This document shows, one piece after another, positions 26,372 through 38,473 of a stretch of 64,000 bases of DNA. The translations under genes and the position numbers were made by a program. Positions within the stretch are counted from its first letter, which is position 1. Each line of letters begins with the position of its first letter. The stretch is from Alloascoidea hylecoeti. Its lineage: Eukaryota. The notes under the pieces are model-generated. The model made no database searches and was not told where the DNA came from. It worked only from the letters and a program-made list of their open reading frames with translations. The stretch covers positions 763,454 to 827,453 of the forward strand of contig BCKZ01000002.1 of assembly GCA_001600815.1 (NCBI GenBank), given 5' to 3'.

Positions 26372-27269
26372 GGGCTATTGGGGGCTATTTGAAATTGGAT
26401 ATAAGGATAACTTCCATTTAGTTTGGAAAATGGCGTGAATTTGGACACAATCTGAACCATTCAGCTAAGATTTTCATCACCATCATAAATTTTGTCTTGA
26501 ATATAATTCTACTTAACGCTCGCTGTATATCCAATTTCATACCCTTAATGTGTTGTGTTTTTTCTCTCCCAGTTGAACTTTTTTTTGATACACCTACTTT
26601 TGGAGGATTCAAACGTTTGCCTCACATTCTGCTAACCTTTTCCTAATCAGTAGTTCAGTAGCGAAAGATATATTATGGAGACCTCTACAAATAACCCCTC
26701 TTACATGAAAACGGATCTGATCATGTTAACTTTCTCTTCACTACAACCTCGTGGCTTGTTCACAGCGCATAATTTCAGGCAGCGAATCAGGATTTTCGGG
26801 GATCCCCCACATCACATTGATCACACCAATGACTTTTGACTTTTGTCATATGAGCATCCATTCCATCATTAGATTTGAGTGCACTATGTAATTACTGGTC
26901 CAAAGATTCTAATTCGCTTTGGATTAGTTTTATATCAACAGCCTGAACAACACTGGATGAGCTAATGGCATGTGTAAGTGACGGCAAATGGGTGTTTTTT
27001 GCTGTCGTACGTGCTTCTCCAGTGGAAACTACTGTCTTGAAGGACTTTGTCCATAACTGCTGGCGGGTGAGTGACACATTCTAACGAGATGGCTGTTGCC
27101 GATAAAGAGTTGAGACAGGAAACCTAAAGTGATCATTCATCTCGGATGTGGGAGCCTTAACATTTGTTATCCGTAAATACCCATCAAGTAAGCTTTAAAT
27201 TCATTTTAAACTCATATAGTGACCGTTAACATTTTGTCTTTGTTGTGGGGTGCGTCTTGCGACTGTTGT

Positions 27270-27770
27270 GTATCTAATGATATAGAAATCGTAACTATCC
27301 ACAATGAAATTAAAAGAACCAGCAAACCGAATATCAATACACTGTAGTTAGACTTCATGGTTCCACAGCACCTCAAAACTGATTTTGGCATTCAACATAC
27401 TTTATGGAATCACTGAGCTAAAAAAATTCAAGAGCAAACAGATTTGTGGATTGGTGTGAATTAAACTCTTGCTCACATCGAATGCAGACATTTACCCCCA
27501 TAACAGAGGAAATATGTTTGATCTCATTTTTGCATCCAACATTTTGTCTTAAAATATTGAAATAGAAAGAAAATACCTTTTGCTACAATGGCACATCTAC
27601 CATAAAAGCGAGCTGGTGAGAACACTTGGGTTCAACTACAGTAAAACCAATTGGACATTATTTGATGACCTAATCTTGACCCTGCTCACCCATCGACCTT
27701 GATTTATTTGGTTGTATTGACAGAGCTGCTAAACTATTAACAGATCCAACAGACACCACCTATATCTCGA
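27270..27770 (+). mobile_element. Degenerate non-LTR retrotransposon (LINE) AP-endonuclease relic
   Basis: Across frameshifts: DFGIQHTLWN (27381, compare GDFNxHHxxW), RANRFVDWCELN (27431), HNRGNMFDLIFASN (27499, compare TxxxGxxIDLxFxS), FNYSKTNWTLF (27631), IDRAAKLLTD. Confidence 0.7.
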
Positions 27771-28448
27771 GCTTGAGAGTTTTAATAATGAGTAGTCCAG
27801 AACCCTATCAAAACAATATATCTATATATAAATTATAGTCGATTAGTTTTGGTTTTAGATTTTCAATCACACATTATTAATGTGAAGTTAGAAACTTATC
27901 GATATATGGGTGGCCTAACATAAATGGATCATGTGGTCGGTTATTTGGTGCATGAAGTGGCCGATTACATAATTTGGAAAATGAGCGAATATTGAGCTGT
28001 ATCACATAACCAAACAATGGTACATCACATGGTCAAATAATTATTCCTCTATATGGTAGTGCGCCACTGAAATTGGACAACTTTTTTCTCACCTTAAATA
28101 AGAAATAATGATGACAGAGAAGTGGAACGGTAAGATTTAGATTTGTCATTTATCTACCTTTCTATTTTTAGCATATAATGAAACTGATTTTGGTAATATG
28201 GCTAAATTTTCCGCGAGGGGTGTTGATTTTCTTTCTAAGTGTCCAAAATAGTGAATCAGATTATAAAATGATGTGTGATTATCTAATATATGCACCTCTG
28301 CATAGTGGCTTGACGCCGTTCAGGTGGCTAAAATTGTGTATCGTCTCAAGAAAAGTGGCTGATTGGCTAAATTAATCCTTGTGATTTGTATTTAAAGATA
28401 GTTTATATCTCCTTTTTCTCCTTTACTTTTTGATATTTTCTTCTAAAA

Positions 28449-29414
28449 ATGAATTCAGAACATAGTTGGATAAATTCAAGCTTCGGGTTTCCTAAAGTAA
28501 ATATTATTTCTCCAAAAGAGTATACTAATATTGTCGAAACTCAATTACAATCACAATCTGAAATCGATTATCGTCTTATTCCTGTTGATTGCACATGGTA
28601 TCTTCCAACATCTACTAATGATGCTGATCAAGAATTTCATGACTGTCATATTCCCAATGCAGTACGTTTTGATTTAGATGTCGTTAAAGATAGTGATAGC
28701 CCTTATCCTCATATGTTCCCTAGTATTTCAAAGTTTGAGATTGAGGTACGTAAATTGGGAATTAGAAATAATGACATTATTGTTTGTTATGATCAACAAG
28801 GAAACTTCTCAAGTTCAAGAGTTGCGGTAACATTTTCTATATTTAATAAAAATCAAAAAGTATTTGTTCTTGATAATTTTCCTGAGTATAAGAAATGTGG
28901 TTATCCAACATCTTCGTGTGCTTCAAAATTAGAGTTTGATCATGAAGTCACTAAAATCACCTGCAGTGATTATACAGTCAATCCGGAAGATACCTGTCTT
29001 GATTGCATTATTTCTTTTGAACAGTTATCTAAGTTGGTATTAGATGAAGATCAATTTGTTGAGCGCTATACTATTATTGATGCAAGACCGTATGGAAGAT
29101 GGTCGGGAGTCGATCCAGAACCGAGAAAAGGTTTATCAAGCGGCCACATTCCACATTCGATTTCGATTCCATTTAAATCAGTATTAACTGAAAATAACTC
29201 TTATAAATCTGAAAAAGAACTGAAAAAAATATTTGAATCAAGTGGAGTTGAAATTGGTGATGAACGTACAATTATTGTAATGTGTGGTACAGGGGTCACG
29301 GCCTGTATTATTATAACAGCATTGGATATAGCAAAGATTGGAGGGAAAGATAGTGTTAAGATTTATGATGGTAGCTGGACTGAATGGGCAATGAGAGAAC
29401 GAACTAAATTATAA
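28449..29414 (+). CDS. TUM1: Thiosulfate/3-mercaptopyruvate sulfurtransferase (tandem rhodanese)
   Basis: DCTWYLP, HIPNAVRFDLD, SPYPHMFP, DAR..GR..G.DPEPR, GHIP, CGTGVTA active site, YDGSWTEW. Confidence 0.92.
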   Translation: MNSEHSWINSSFGFPKVNIISPKEYTNIVETQLQSQSEIDYRLIPVDCTWYLPTSTNDADQEFHDCHIPNAVRFDLDVVKDSDSPYPHMFPSISKFEIEVRKLGIRNNDIIVCYDQQGNFSSSRVAVTFSIFNKNQKVFVLDNFPEYKKCGYPTSSCASKLEFDHEVTKITCSDYTVNPEDTCLDCIISFEQLSKLVLDEDQFVERYTIIDARPYGRWSGVDPEPRKGLSSGHIPHSISIPFKSVLTENNSYKSEKELKKIFESSGVEIGDERTIIVMCGTGVTACIIITALDIAKIGGKDSVKIYDGSWTEWAMRERTKL

Positions 29415-30036
29415 GCCTATAGAATGGTTAAAGAAAACTAATAGAATAAAATGACATTAAGTTGGATATAACATGCATTATAGTTTGTAGAATTTCAGCA
29501 TGTTAATAATTGTGATAGTCTGTTAAAATCCATATGTTTTTGTTATATGATGATTTTATTGAAATGTGATCTATGCGTCAGTATAAGATCAGCTTACATA
29601 GGTACCCGGCATATACTTTAGATCCTTATTTAGAAGTTTTATTAAGATAGACATATACGCAAAATGAGTACCAAGATGGAAGATTCTAATTGTATTATTC
29701 TAAACTTATCACCTATGATTGACAAATCTATGTAGCTACTTAGTCCATCCACTCGGTAGTTCACTCTAAATATAGCCAAAAATACTTTATATCACTTTAT
29801 TTAAGAAAAATACAAAAATAAAAAAATATAAATGCGCAAGTGGTAGACTAATAATTGGCCATAAAGTACACTAATGTTCGGTTTTGTTGGAAAACATTTA
29901 GTCAGTGATATGGCCTAAATTAAGTGTAAAACTCCATGTTGACAGCGCACATAGTTAAACACGTGACATACTCTTACTATACATTTTCATTTTCGTTTTC
30001 ATACCTAATTAATTCAAAAACATAGAAAAATACATA

Positions 30037-30561
30037 ATGAAAACACGATATTACTTGGCACAAATTCTGAACTTATCATTAGTACTTTCATCCGCTTTTA
30101 TGTTCTGGAAAGGTCTTTCATGGTTCACAAATTCAGAATCCCCAATTGTTGTTGTCCTTTCAGGATCAATGGAACCTGCTTTCCAACGTGGTGATTTATT
30201 ATTTCTTTGGAATCGACAAGAGACTTTACATGCTGGTGACATTGTGGTTTATAATATACGTGGTAAAAGCATTCCGATTGTTCATCGTATTGTACGTGAA
30301 CATAACAATCATAATGATAAAGGTTCTACTGCAACACCACAACAATTATTATTAACAAAAGGTGATAATAATGCTGTTGATGACTTGAATTTATATGCTT
30401 ATAAACAATCTTATTTAACCAGAGAGAAGGATATTGTTGGTTCAGTGAAAGGTTATCTTCCAAAGTTGGGATACATAACGATTTTATTAACTGAAAATAA
30501 ATACGTGAAGATAGGATTACTGACTATAATGGCATTAAGTTCTTTACTACAAAATGAATAA
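30037..30561 (+). CDS. SEC11: Signal peptidase complex catalytic subunit
   Basis: [41 protein letters not shown]. Confidence 0.97.
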   Translation: MKTRYYLAQILNLSLVLSSAFMFWKGLSWFTNSESPIVVVLSGSMEPAFQRGDLLFLWNRQETLHAGDIVVYNIRGKSIPIVHRIVREHNNHNDKGSTATPQQLLLTKGDNNAVDDLNLYAYKQSYLTREKDIVGSVKGYLPKLGYITILLTENKYVKIGLLTIMALSSLLQNE

Positions 30562-30661
30562 TGAATTACAATTATATTTTATATTTATATGTATGTATAT
30601 AAATAAAAAAAGGAGCAAAGTTTTGCTTGATTAATACATACCCTTTAGAAAATCTGTAATT

Positions 30662-32623
30662 TTAATAATCTAATGGTGCTGGATTATTTTGTTTTGAAGT
30701 CATATACATTGGTGGAGGACGTAAAACTTGATAACCAGAAGGTTTGCCATGTTCATGAGAACTTGATCGTCTCTTTTTGGACCTAGAATCTCTTTCTATA
30801 TCCTTTTCCTTTTCCTTTTCCTTTTCCTTTTCCTTTTCATTATCATTATCATTAACACTTTCCTTATCTTTATCCTTTGTCTTTTCTCGTTCTCTTTCTC
30901 GTTCTCTTTCTCTTTCTTTTTCTCTTTCTCGTTCCCTTTCTCTTTCCCTCTCCCTTTCTCTTTCTTTTCTTCTTTTATATTCAGCTTCATCTTCAATTCT
31001 TTCCTTTAGTCTCCGTAAATATTTTTTATAAGCAGCTTTTCTACTTTTATCATCAGGTAAATCCTTGTACTCCTCTGTATTTTCAACACGTAATTTAACT
31101 GCATCCCAGGTACTATCTAAGCCAACTTTTGGGTCTAACCTTTTAATAACAGCCCTTAAAGAGTCTTGCATTCTTCTTAATTTTCGTTCCAAATGATATC
31201 TATCTTCTTCTTCTTTTTCCCTTTGATCCTTTTTTATTAAATCTAAAATGAAATTTAAAGTATTATCATCATCAATTGAAATCGTTGAACTTCTAATATC
31301 GTTTTTAATAATTGTTTTGATATCAGATATTGTTGTAGTTTCTGTAACTGAAAATTTATTTATTAATAAAATATCAACAACAACTTCTTTTTCAGTTTTA
31401 ATGTTTCGGTTTTGTTCATCAACTATATCCCAAAATAAATCTAAAGGCCCTGAACCATTTATACTATTGTTATTTTTATTATTGTGAAATTGTCCACAAA
31501 GATTGATAAAGTTTTCATCATTAGCAATTAAAGGAAATATATCTTTCCATTTTGTAATTGGACCAATCTTTCCATCATTTTTTAAATTATTTAATACTAA
31601 TACAAAATTCATTCTTGCTTTACGTCCTTGTCTTTTATATTGTTTATAAATTTGTTTAACATTTTCATAAAATTTGATCTCACGATTTTTAATAAGTTTT
31701 TCATAAACGTCTAAAACATCTGATCTGTTAAGACATGAGATTTTTGTTTTTTGTGGTATTGTTAAAGATGGTATAAAATCATGTATAAAATAATCCCAAC
31801 CAACATTAGTATCATTATTACTGTTAATATTCGAATTTGATAAAACAAATGTTGTGATTAAATCTTCTAGATATTCAACTGCTTCTAATTTTAATTTCTT
31901 TTCATTTTCATCATGTACTAATTTTAATCCATCTATATATTTTTTAAATATACTTTTTTTTATAGATTTCGAAAATTTTGAATTTAAAAATATTGGATTC
32001 CCAGAATCTGTTAATTTTTTTTTAATTGTTATCCATCTTGAATAATATTTTATATTTAATGATTTATCATTTTTAAAAGTATTAATTAATTCGTTTTCAA
32101 AGTTTATTAATTCTAATTCTGTTGATTTTTGTTTAGTTTCATTAATTGTTTTTAAATATTCAAAAAAAATCTCGCGTCTTTGAAAAGCATCTTTAATTAT
32201 AAAATAATTCGGTGATGTAATTAGTTTTCTCATAACATCAGTATATGACCATGAATTATTCACATTGTTTGATTTAAGTAAATTGATAAAAATAACTTTA
32301 GAATCTTGTTCTAAACTATTATTGTTTAAATCCCAATTATTCATATCACTTCCAGATTCGGTCGTAGTTTCGTTTTCCAATTCAGATTTACCTTCATTTT
32401 TCAATAGACTCTTAACTTCATCCGGAATTTCCCATGAACTAACATCATCCTTAACATAATATTTTTTCCCTTCAGTAGTATACTCCTTCCAACCCATCTT
32501 TTCCAAACATATCTCCAGCTCAGTAAATAATTCCCTTGGCTTTTCCCATACAGACACACCAGTTATAGTGTTATAGTAATAAGAGGTTCCATCTTCGGAT
32601 TTATGTTCCTGCCATTCAGACAT
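30662..32623 (-). CDS. PRP40: U1 snRNP protein Prp40 (2 WW plus FF domains)
   Basis: MSEWQEHK...YYYNTITGVSVWEKP, a second WW domain, FF repeats (YYSRW, TKWKDIFPLI, GSGPLDLFWD), RE/KE-rich tail ending LDY. Start taken at ATG 32623. Confidence 0.92.
   Translation of the reverse strand: MSEWQEHKSEDGTSYYYNTITGVSVWEKPRELFTELEICLEKMGWKEYTTEGKKYYVKDDVSSWEIPDEVKSLLKNEGKSELENETTTESGSDMNNWDLNNNSLEQDSKVIFINLLKSNNVNNSWSYTDVMRKLITSPNYFIIKDAFQRREIFFEYLKTINETKQKSTELELINFENELINTFKNDKSLNIKYYSRWITIKKKLTDSGNPIFLNSKFSKSIKKSIFKKYIDGLKLVHDENEKKLKLEAVEYLEDLITTFVLSNSNINSNNDTNVGWDYFIHDFIPSLTIPQKTKISCLNRSDVLDVYEKLIKNREIKFYENVKQIYKQYKRQGRKARMNFVLVLNNLKNDGKIGPITKWKDIFPLIANDENFINLCGQFHNNKNNNSINGSGPLDLFWDIVDEQNRNIKTEKEVVVDILLINKFSVTETTTISDIKTIIKNDIRSSTISIDDDNTLNFILDLIKKDQREKEEEDRYHLERKLRRMQDSLRAVIKRLDPKVGLDSTWDAVKLRVENTEEYKDLPDDKSRKAAYKKYLRRLKERIEDEAEYKRRKEREREREREREREREKEREREREREREKTKDKDKESVNDNDNEKEKEKEKEKEKDIERDSRSKKRRSSSHEHGKPSGYQVLRPPPMYMTSKQNNPAPLDY
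30802..30970 (-). repeat. Hexamer microsatellites encoding KE and RE dipeptide runs in Prp40
   Basis: (TCCTTT)n and (TCTCTT/TCTCGT/TCCCTT)n on the + strand. Confidence 0.9.
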
Positions 32624-33097
32624 ACTTACGTTTTTTGACCTAGTGCTTTTTTTAAAATCTTGTAAGAAGAGGAAGGAAGAGATAAAAGCAGGGTAATCTT
32701 TCACATGTGACCGTCAATCGATCGATGGTATACTTATGGCCGAAATTAAATAAAAACTCTGTATTTGTTATATTTAGCAATGTACGACGGCTAAAATAAA
32801 GTATATGGGACATAAATTAAAAAAAGATTATCATTATAAAGAATTACAAGAACTACTTCCAGAAATATAGTCTTTTACATTATGGTGCAGTCATAATTTT
32901 TTATAAAACATATAGGCCAAAACAAAAAAACATAGGCTATTAATTAATTAATATTGGTAATTTTTTAAAAGACACAAAACTATAGCTAAATTTAAAACAT
33001 AATCATCATCATTAGGATAAACAATAATTAAGATTGCGAGTAACAACGATATTAATTTTCAAAATAATTGCAACAAAATCCAATATTTAAGTTTAAG

Positions 33098-34684
33098 TTA
33101 TACCTTTTGCTCAGCATTATTCAAACTTGAAACTTTATATCTATCATTATTATTAGGAGGATTATTTTCAATATCAACAGTTTCAATATTTTCAAGTTCT
33201 TCCTTATTCTCTATATCATCCCAATTCCTACCATCATCAAGAGCCATCAAAGCATCTGCACCAACAAGGTCTCGATGTCTATTTTCAGGACCAAATAAAG
33301 TAACAAGTAATAAAAATCCACAAACACAACCCATAAATATAGCCATTACTTTTGAATATTTATAAACACCTGATCTTTTATTACCTTCATCATCATATAA
33401 AGGAAATCTTTCACCAATTGTTGCTTCAATTGTTGAAGAAGCAGAAGAAGCTAGATTACCTAATTGATAAGATGTACCAACAATAAAAGATCTGAAATTA
33501 TGTGGTGATAACTCAGACAAATGAATTGGCACAACACCCCAGCCACCTTGAACAAAAAATTGTAAAAAGAAAGCCCCTGCATTAATTGAAGATGAATGAA
33601 CAAAAGCCCATGGATAAATAACGGCACCTGCTCCAACACAAGCAATAATAATAACAAATCTTCTACCTAAAAACGAAGATAAATGTCCCAAAATAATACC
33701 ACCGGCTATAGCGCCTAAATTGGCAACACAATTTGTAACTGTTGATCTATCACTACCATATCCTAACTCTTTAGTTAACATCGTAGGATACAAATCTTGT
33801 GAACCATGACTCGAGAAATTAAAACCAGCCATTAAAATAATTAAATAGATTACCATAAGCCAGTAAGCCTTCATAGCCTTTTTACCTTGTGCAATAAAAG
33901 AAGTAGCAGCGCTCTGGTGTTCTTGAGCTTTTATAGCCTGAAAAGCACGAGTTTCTGACATAAATGCTCTCCAGATACAGATTAGAATAGCAGGACCAGA
34001 AGAAAACCAAAATAGAGCCCTCCAGCTTTTGGACGTGTTATCAGTAATTGCACGGTTAAACACAACAGCTAAAAGGTAACCCAAGGCATAGCCCTGTTGC
34101 ATAATACCAGATAGAACACCTCTTGCTCTTGTTGGAGAGTCATCCAAAGCAGTAGCAGCAGCATTTCCATAAACACCACCCATTGCAATACCAAATAAGG
34201 CTCTAACACCTAAGAACTCTTTATAGGTATTGACAAATCCACAACCAATTTGAAGGACGGATAATAAGGCTAAATTTATAATAAAAGGCCATTTTCTACC
34301 GTATTTATCACCAAGAATACCAAAAGTAACAGCACCAACAGATCTTAACATAAGAACTAAAGTAATACCCCATGTGATATCTTTAGCAGAGACACCTAAA
34401 TCTTCGGCGATAGCAGATACATTTAAGGAAACAGCAAAATAATCAAAAGCATCCCAAGTCCAACCAGCCATTGCAACACAAAAGAAGTTCCATTGTGGTG
34501 CTGTAACTTCACGTAGAGGACCAAATGGATTCAAAGGCACGGGTGAGTTTTTCATTTCGTTTATGGACGGTATAAGAGTAGTAAATCTAGTGACGATATA
34601 GTTTCGAATGTTAGACCCAGATAGGTCTGGAGGAGCATCCGGGTCTTCATTGAACTTCGACTCAAGTTGTTTCTGGGTGGACAT
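33098..34684 (-). CDS. JEN2: Jen-family carboxylate:H+ symporter (MFS), Jen2-like
   Basis: GWTWDAFDYF, DKYGRKWP and NFSSHGSQDLYPT (NxxS/THxS/TQDxxxT signature; the LYPT form resembles Jen2), YQLGNLASSAS. Confidence 0.85.
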   Translation of the reverse strand: MSTQKQLESKFNEDPDAPPDLSGSNIRNYIVTRFTTLIPSINEMKNSPVPLNPFGPLREVTAPQWNFFCVAMAGWTWDAFDYFAVSLNVSAIAEDLGVSAKDITWGITLVLMLRSVGAVTFGILGDKYGRKWPFIINLALLSVLQIGCGFVNTYKEFLGVRALFGIAMGGVYGNAAATALDDSPTRARGVLSGIMQQGYALGYLLAVVFNRAITDNTSKSWRALFWFSSGPAILICIWRAFMSETRAFQAIKAQEHQSAATSFIAQGKKAMKAYWLMVIYLIILMAGFNFSSHGSQDLYPTMLTKELGYGSDRSTVTNCVANLGAIAGGIILGHLSSFLGRRFVIIIACVGAGAVIYPWAFVHSSSINAGAFFLQFFVQGGWGVVPIHLSELSPHNFRSFIVGTSYQLGNLASSASSTIEATIGERFPLYDDEGNKRSGVYKYSKVMAIFMGCVCGFLLLVTLFGPENRHRDLVGADALMALDDGRNWDDIENKEELENIETVDIENNPPNNNDRYKVSSLNNAEQKV

Positions 34685-34939
34685 GATACCGCTATATGAC
34701 TGGTGGCTGCAACATTATCTTAAGGGAGGAAAGGGTCTTTATATATGTTGAGTATCTAGTTATGAAATAATTCTCACATCAAGAGTATGTGTCCCAATAA
34801 GTCTTTCCTTCAGTCCGAAAATCAATTTCCGAAGATGATTACCAGAATAAGTATCAACAATTGCAAATATCTGAATATTATATTATTATTTTTAGCCGCG
34901 GATAATTAAATGAATCTTCACTATGCAGGTTAAGCACAT

Positions 34940-34950
34940 CCCCGCATTCT
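34940..34950. promoter_or_regulatory. Putative Mig1/CreA glucose-repression site upstream of the JEN gene
   Basis: CCCCGCATTCT (GCGGGG with AT flank) about 255 bp upstream of the start; JEN genes are glucose repressed. Confidence 0.35.
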
Positions 34951-35823
34951 CGTATGTTATTCCGCAGAGGCACCCCATGGGCCCTGCAGCATCACTTCCA
35001 TTAACAGTAATCTGGAGATAACATTATCTGTATCTTCGATCGATATCATAATTATCATCATTCTTTGATTATTTTGTTGTGACTTATGAAAAATATTCTT
35101 GTATACGTATATTGTTGATTATCGCCTGTTAATAATATTATCTAGTCATTAAATTCGTGGTGAAGCTGTAAGTTTCTTTTTAGTAAGTAAGCAAGTATGC
35201 ATATATTAGCACTGTGTCACTGAGTGGGTCGGGTCAGATTGTGTAAGTCTAACCTGAATAAATCTAGAGTAGAATGCCAATATGGTGATAACCTCGCCAA
35301 GAGACCCATCCCCGAAAGCTTTTATTTAAATTTTCCGCTCAAACTTCCTGTGGGACGATCGTTACCCGGACTATTTTGCTCTGAATGAACCTCGGTTGGC
35401 CCACAATACAGCTGCAGACTCGAATTAAAGAGTATTGCAAATTTTTCTAATTGCAGGTATGAAGTATGAATTTATACAATTTATTGTAACTGAAGGATTT
35501 GATCAAACAATTTGGTACTTAATGTTTCCTCAAGAATAACTATAGATGCCATATTCACTAATTATGGACCGCGGTGAACACAATACAATGACATATCAAT
35601 TGGGGAAACTGAGCTTAGTTCCATGGAACTGAACCCATTAGTAATATAAGAGTGATTCAGATTTACAATGCAACTCTTATACAACATAGTTGGTCTTATT
35701 TTACAGTATAATAACTAAAATGTCACCTTATTTATTATATTCTATAAATAATTAATGTAATAATAAATTAAGAGCTGCAAAATAATCATGTAGTAACTCT
35801 GCAAATTGGTACTTTGTTATGCA

Positions 35824-36125
35824 TTCTAGTAAATACATAGGTAGCGTGAATAAAACCAAAAGCCAGCCTAGCTTCAGAAAGTATAGGGAATTGCTAATGA
35901 CTCTTAAGCTCTTGCACTCAATAACTTGGGATCGGATTAAGCAATAGGCCTTTAAACTTAGACATCTAAATCTTATGTCAAACTCAAGATGGAAAAGTCA
36001 ACCAAGCAAGTCTAATCGCCCAAAATATTTACTACCAAAGAGGGATAGTTGCGATTGTGCGTTAAAAGAATTGAGTTCGATTCGAAATTATAAAATGCTC
36101 ATTTCCCGAAACTTTTCAAAGAAAC
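35824..36125. mobile_element. MITE family B internal fragment (TIRs not recognisable)
   Basis: Colinear with 62010-62310: ACCAAAAGCCAGCCT, TAGGGAATTG.TAAT, ATCGGATTAA, ACTCAAG, CCCAAAATA, TAAAAGAAT.GAGTTC.ATTCGA, TTTCCC.GAA.CTTT. Confidence 0.7.
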
Positions 36126-36543
36126 ATGATCATGATTCATGATCAATAGTAAATCTCACTCACTCTTATCGCCTAATTTTAATGTAAAATATGACTAATT
36201 TGCGTGCAAATTAACACGAATTTGGTTAAAAAATACAGCCAATCGGTTTAATAATTGAAGAGCAATAAATTGCAATTGAACGTTTAGTCCACGTGATTTG
36301 TGGTCACCTAAGCCTTAGTCCAATTATATTGTAGTGTGCACTGTGCAAGCTGTATAAAAACTTATAGAAAATAATCATATAGAGCTATAAGACCTTGATA
36401 TTATAGGTATTAGGTCTAGAGATGCCAAAGAAATGAGAAGCACAGTAATATTGTTGTAGGTGACAATTGTTACCCGGACTCCACTTTTTGGAAAACTAAA
36501 TTATAGAGTAATTAATTGTAACTATTCATTATTCTTTATAATC

Positions 36544-38126
36544 ATGAATCTACCTGGGTTAGCCCACAATACTTCTACAGAAGAGTCACAAAATATTGTG
36601 AATCTTTCGCCTTTCTCTGAATGGAGGTATGAAGTTGGTTTCCATGAATCTATAAAAGTTACAGTAACTGAAGGTTTGGCTGAACTATTTGGTACCGAAT
36701 TGGTAGTTGGCGAATCGTACAATTTCACCTCAACAAAAGGTGCTATATTCACTTATACTGGTGCAATTATAAAGTGGACTGGCGAATGTGTTGAGTATAC
36801 AAGTGATGATCATGAATCGAGCAATTTCATGAAAACTATATTATATCTAAATTTTGCACTAGAAAAAAGTAGAATATTATCAAAAGAAAACCCTTCACAT
36901 AATAAAGCACCAAGAGTACTTGTTGTTGGTGCTCAAGATTCGGGTAAAACCTCTCTTTGTAAAATATTAACCGGCTATGCAAATAAAAGAGGGTTTCAAC
37001 CCTTATATGTCAACCTAGATCCTTCTGAAGGAGCATTTTCAGTACCTGGAACTTTATCTGCTACTCCAATATCAGATATTTTAGATGTTGAAAAGACTGA
37101 AGGATGGGGTGATAGTTATACAACCAGTGTTACTCCAATTCATATGAAGCAACCCCTTTGTTATTGGTATGGGTTTGAATCCCCAAAAGATAATTTAGCT
37201 GTTTATAAGAAATTATGTGAAAGGTTAAGTATTGTTGTTGCTAGTAGATTAGAAGAAGATAAAGAAGGTATGATAGATTCAAAATCTTTTCCCTCATACA
37301 TTCATGATCTAATATATGTTTGTACTAGTTGGTAGCTCGGGGATTATTGTTGATACTAGCGGTATCATTGATAAGGATACAGGTTATGATTTGATAACAA
37401 ACATCGTGTCAGATTATGAGAGTAAGTTTTCCACAATTAAAGAAATTTCACATTCATCGAATAACAAAACTAATAATCTTATTTACTTTTCAGTTAATCT
37501 CCTCTTGGTTCTTGGAAATGAGAGACTTTTTGCATCACTTTCTAAAAAATTTAAAGCCAAAAAACAAAACCTAACATGTTTAAAGCTACCAAAATCTGGA
37601 GGTGTTGTTGATAGGGATGATAAGTTTACGAGGGCTGTTCAACGAAAGATGATTGGAGAATATTTTTATGGTTCTCCTGTTAAAATGGGGATGGGATTAT
37701 CTCCCTATAGTATTACGGTTGATTATAATGATATGACTATTTATAAGTCATCGCAACGTAAGTATTTTTTTTTTATACTTGATCTTTGTATAACTCTAAC
37801 TAAATTTGCTTTTTATATTAGAAACGGACCTTGGACTGAGTTCAGTTTTACCAATAGGTGAATCAGATATAGATTCATCTTCCAATGAAACGGACCTTAT
37901 ATCATTAGTCGAGGTATCATCTTCTGCTTTATCGAACTGTATATTGGCCGTATTATATGCTGAACCATCAGATTCTAGAATTACTATTTTACAATCTCCT
38001 GTAATGGGATTTGTTCATATTGTTGAATGTGATGATGCAAAGAGAAAACTAAAGGTTTTGTTACCCATGCCCGGCAGATTACCTACTAAAGTATTTATGC
38101 TTGGTGGATACCGATACCAAGAATAA
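36544..38126 (+). CDS. CLP1: mRNA cleavage/polyadenylation factor Clp1, 4 exons, 461 aa
   Basis: MNLPGL, AELFGTEL, Walker A GAQDSGKTS, NLDPSEG, KLPKSGGVVDRD, EYFYG. Exons 36544-37267, 37329-37421, 37494-37757 and 37822-38126; introns of 61, 72 and 64 nt. Confidence 0.92.
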
Positions 38127-38473
38127 TATCATAACTTCATTAATAGGTGAATAATGAAGAAGCTTTATGTATTATATATAATAATATTAGTATAAATATA
38201 TCAATCTCAATAGATTTTTTTAATTATATCCTTTAATACAATAATTTAGAGGCTTTTGTCATCTAAAACAATTGTACACGTGATCATGGATCCATGTCTC
38301 AAACCCGTAAATTTATAATTATAAGGAATTTGAGTTTGTGTCATTCTTAAAACACACTACGTTTTACCTTTTTTTCACCTTAATTTTAAATAGAGAAAGA
38401 GAAACCAGTCAAAACTAAAGCTACCTATAATATCATTTTTCGACTTAACTATAAAGGTCAAGGCCCATTTTTG

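Noticed and set aside
26164..26460. ORFs spanning the N run
   Set aside because: Artefacts of the assembly gap.
28107..28186. Box C/D snoRNA-like ATGATGA...CTGA, with a U6-like ACAGAGA
   Set aside because: No rRNA-complementary guide I could identify and no other U6 sequence; such boxes arise by chance in AT-rich DNA.
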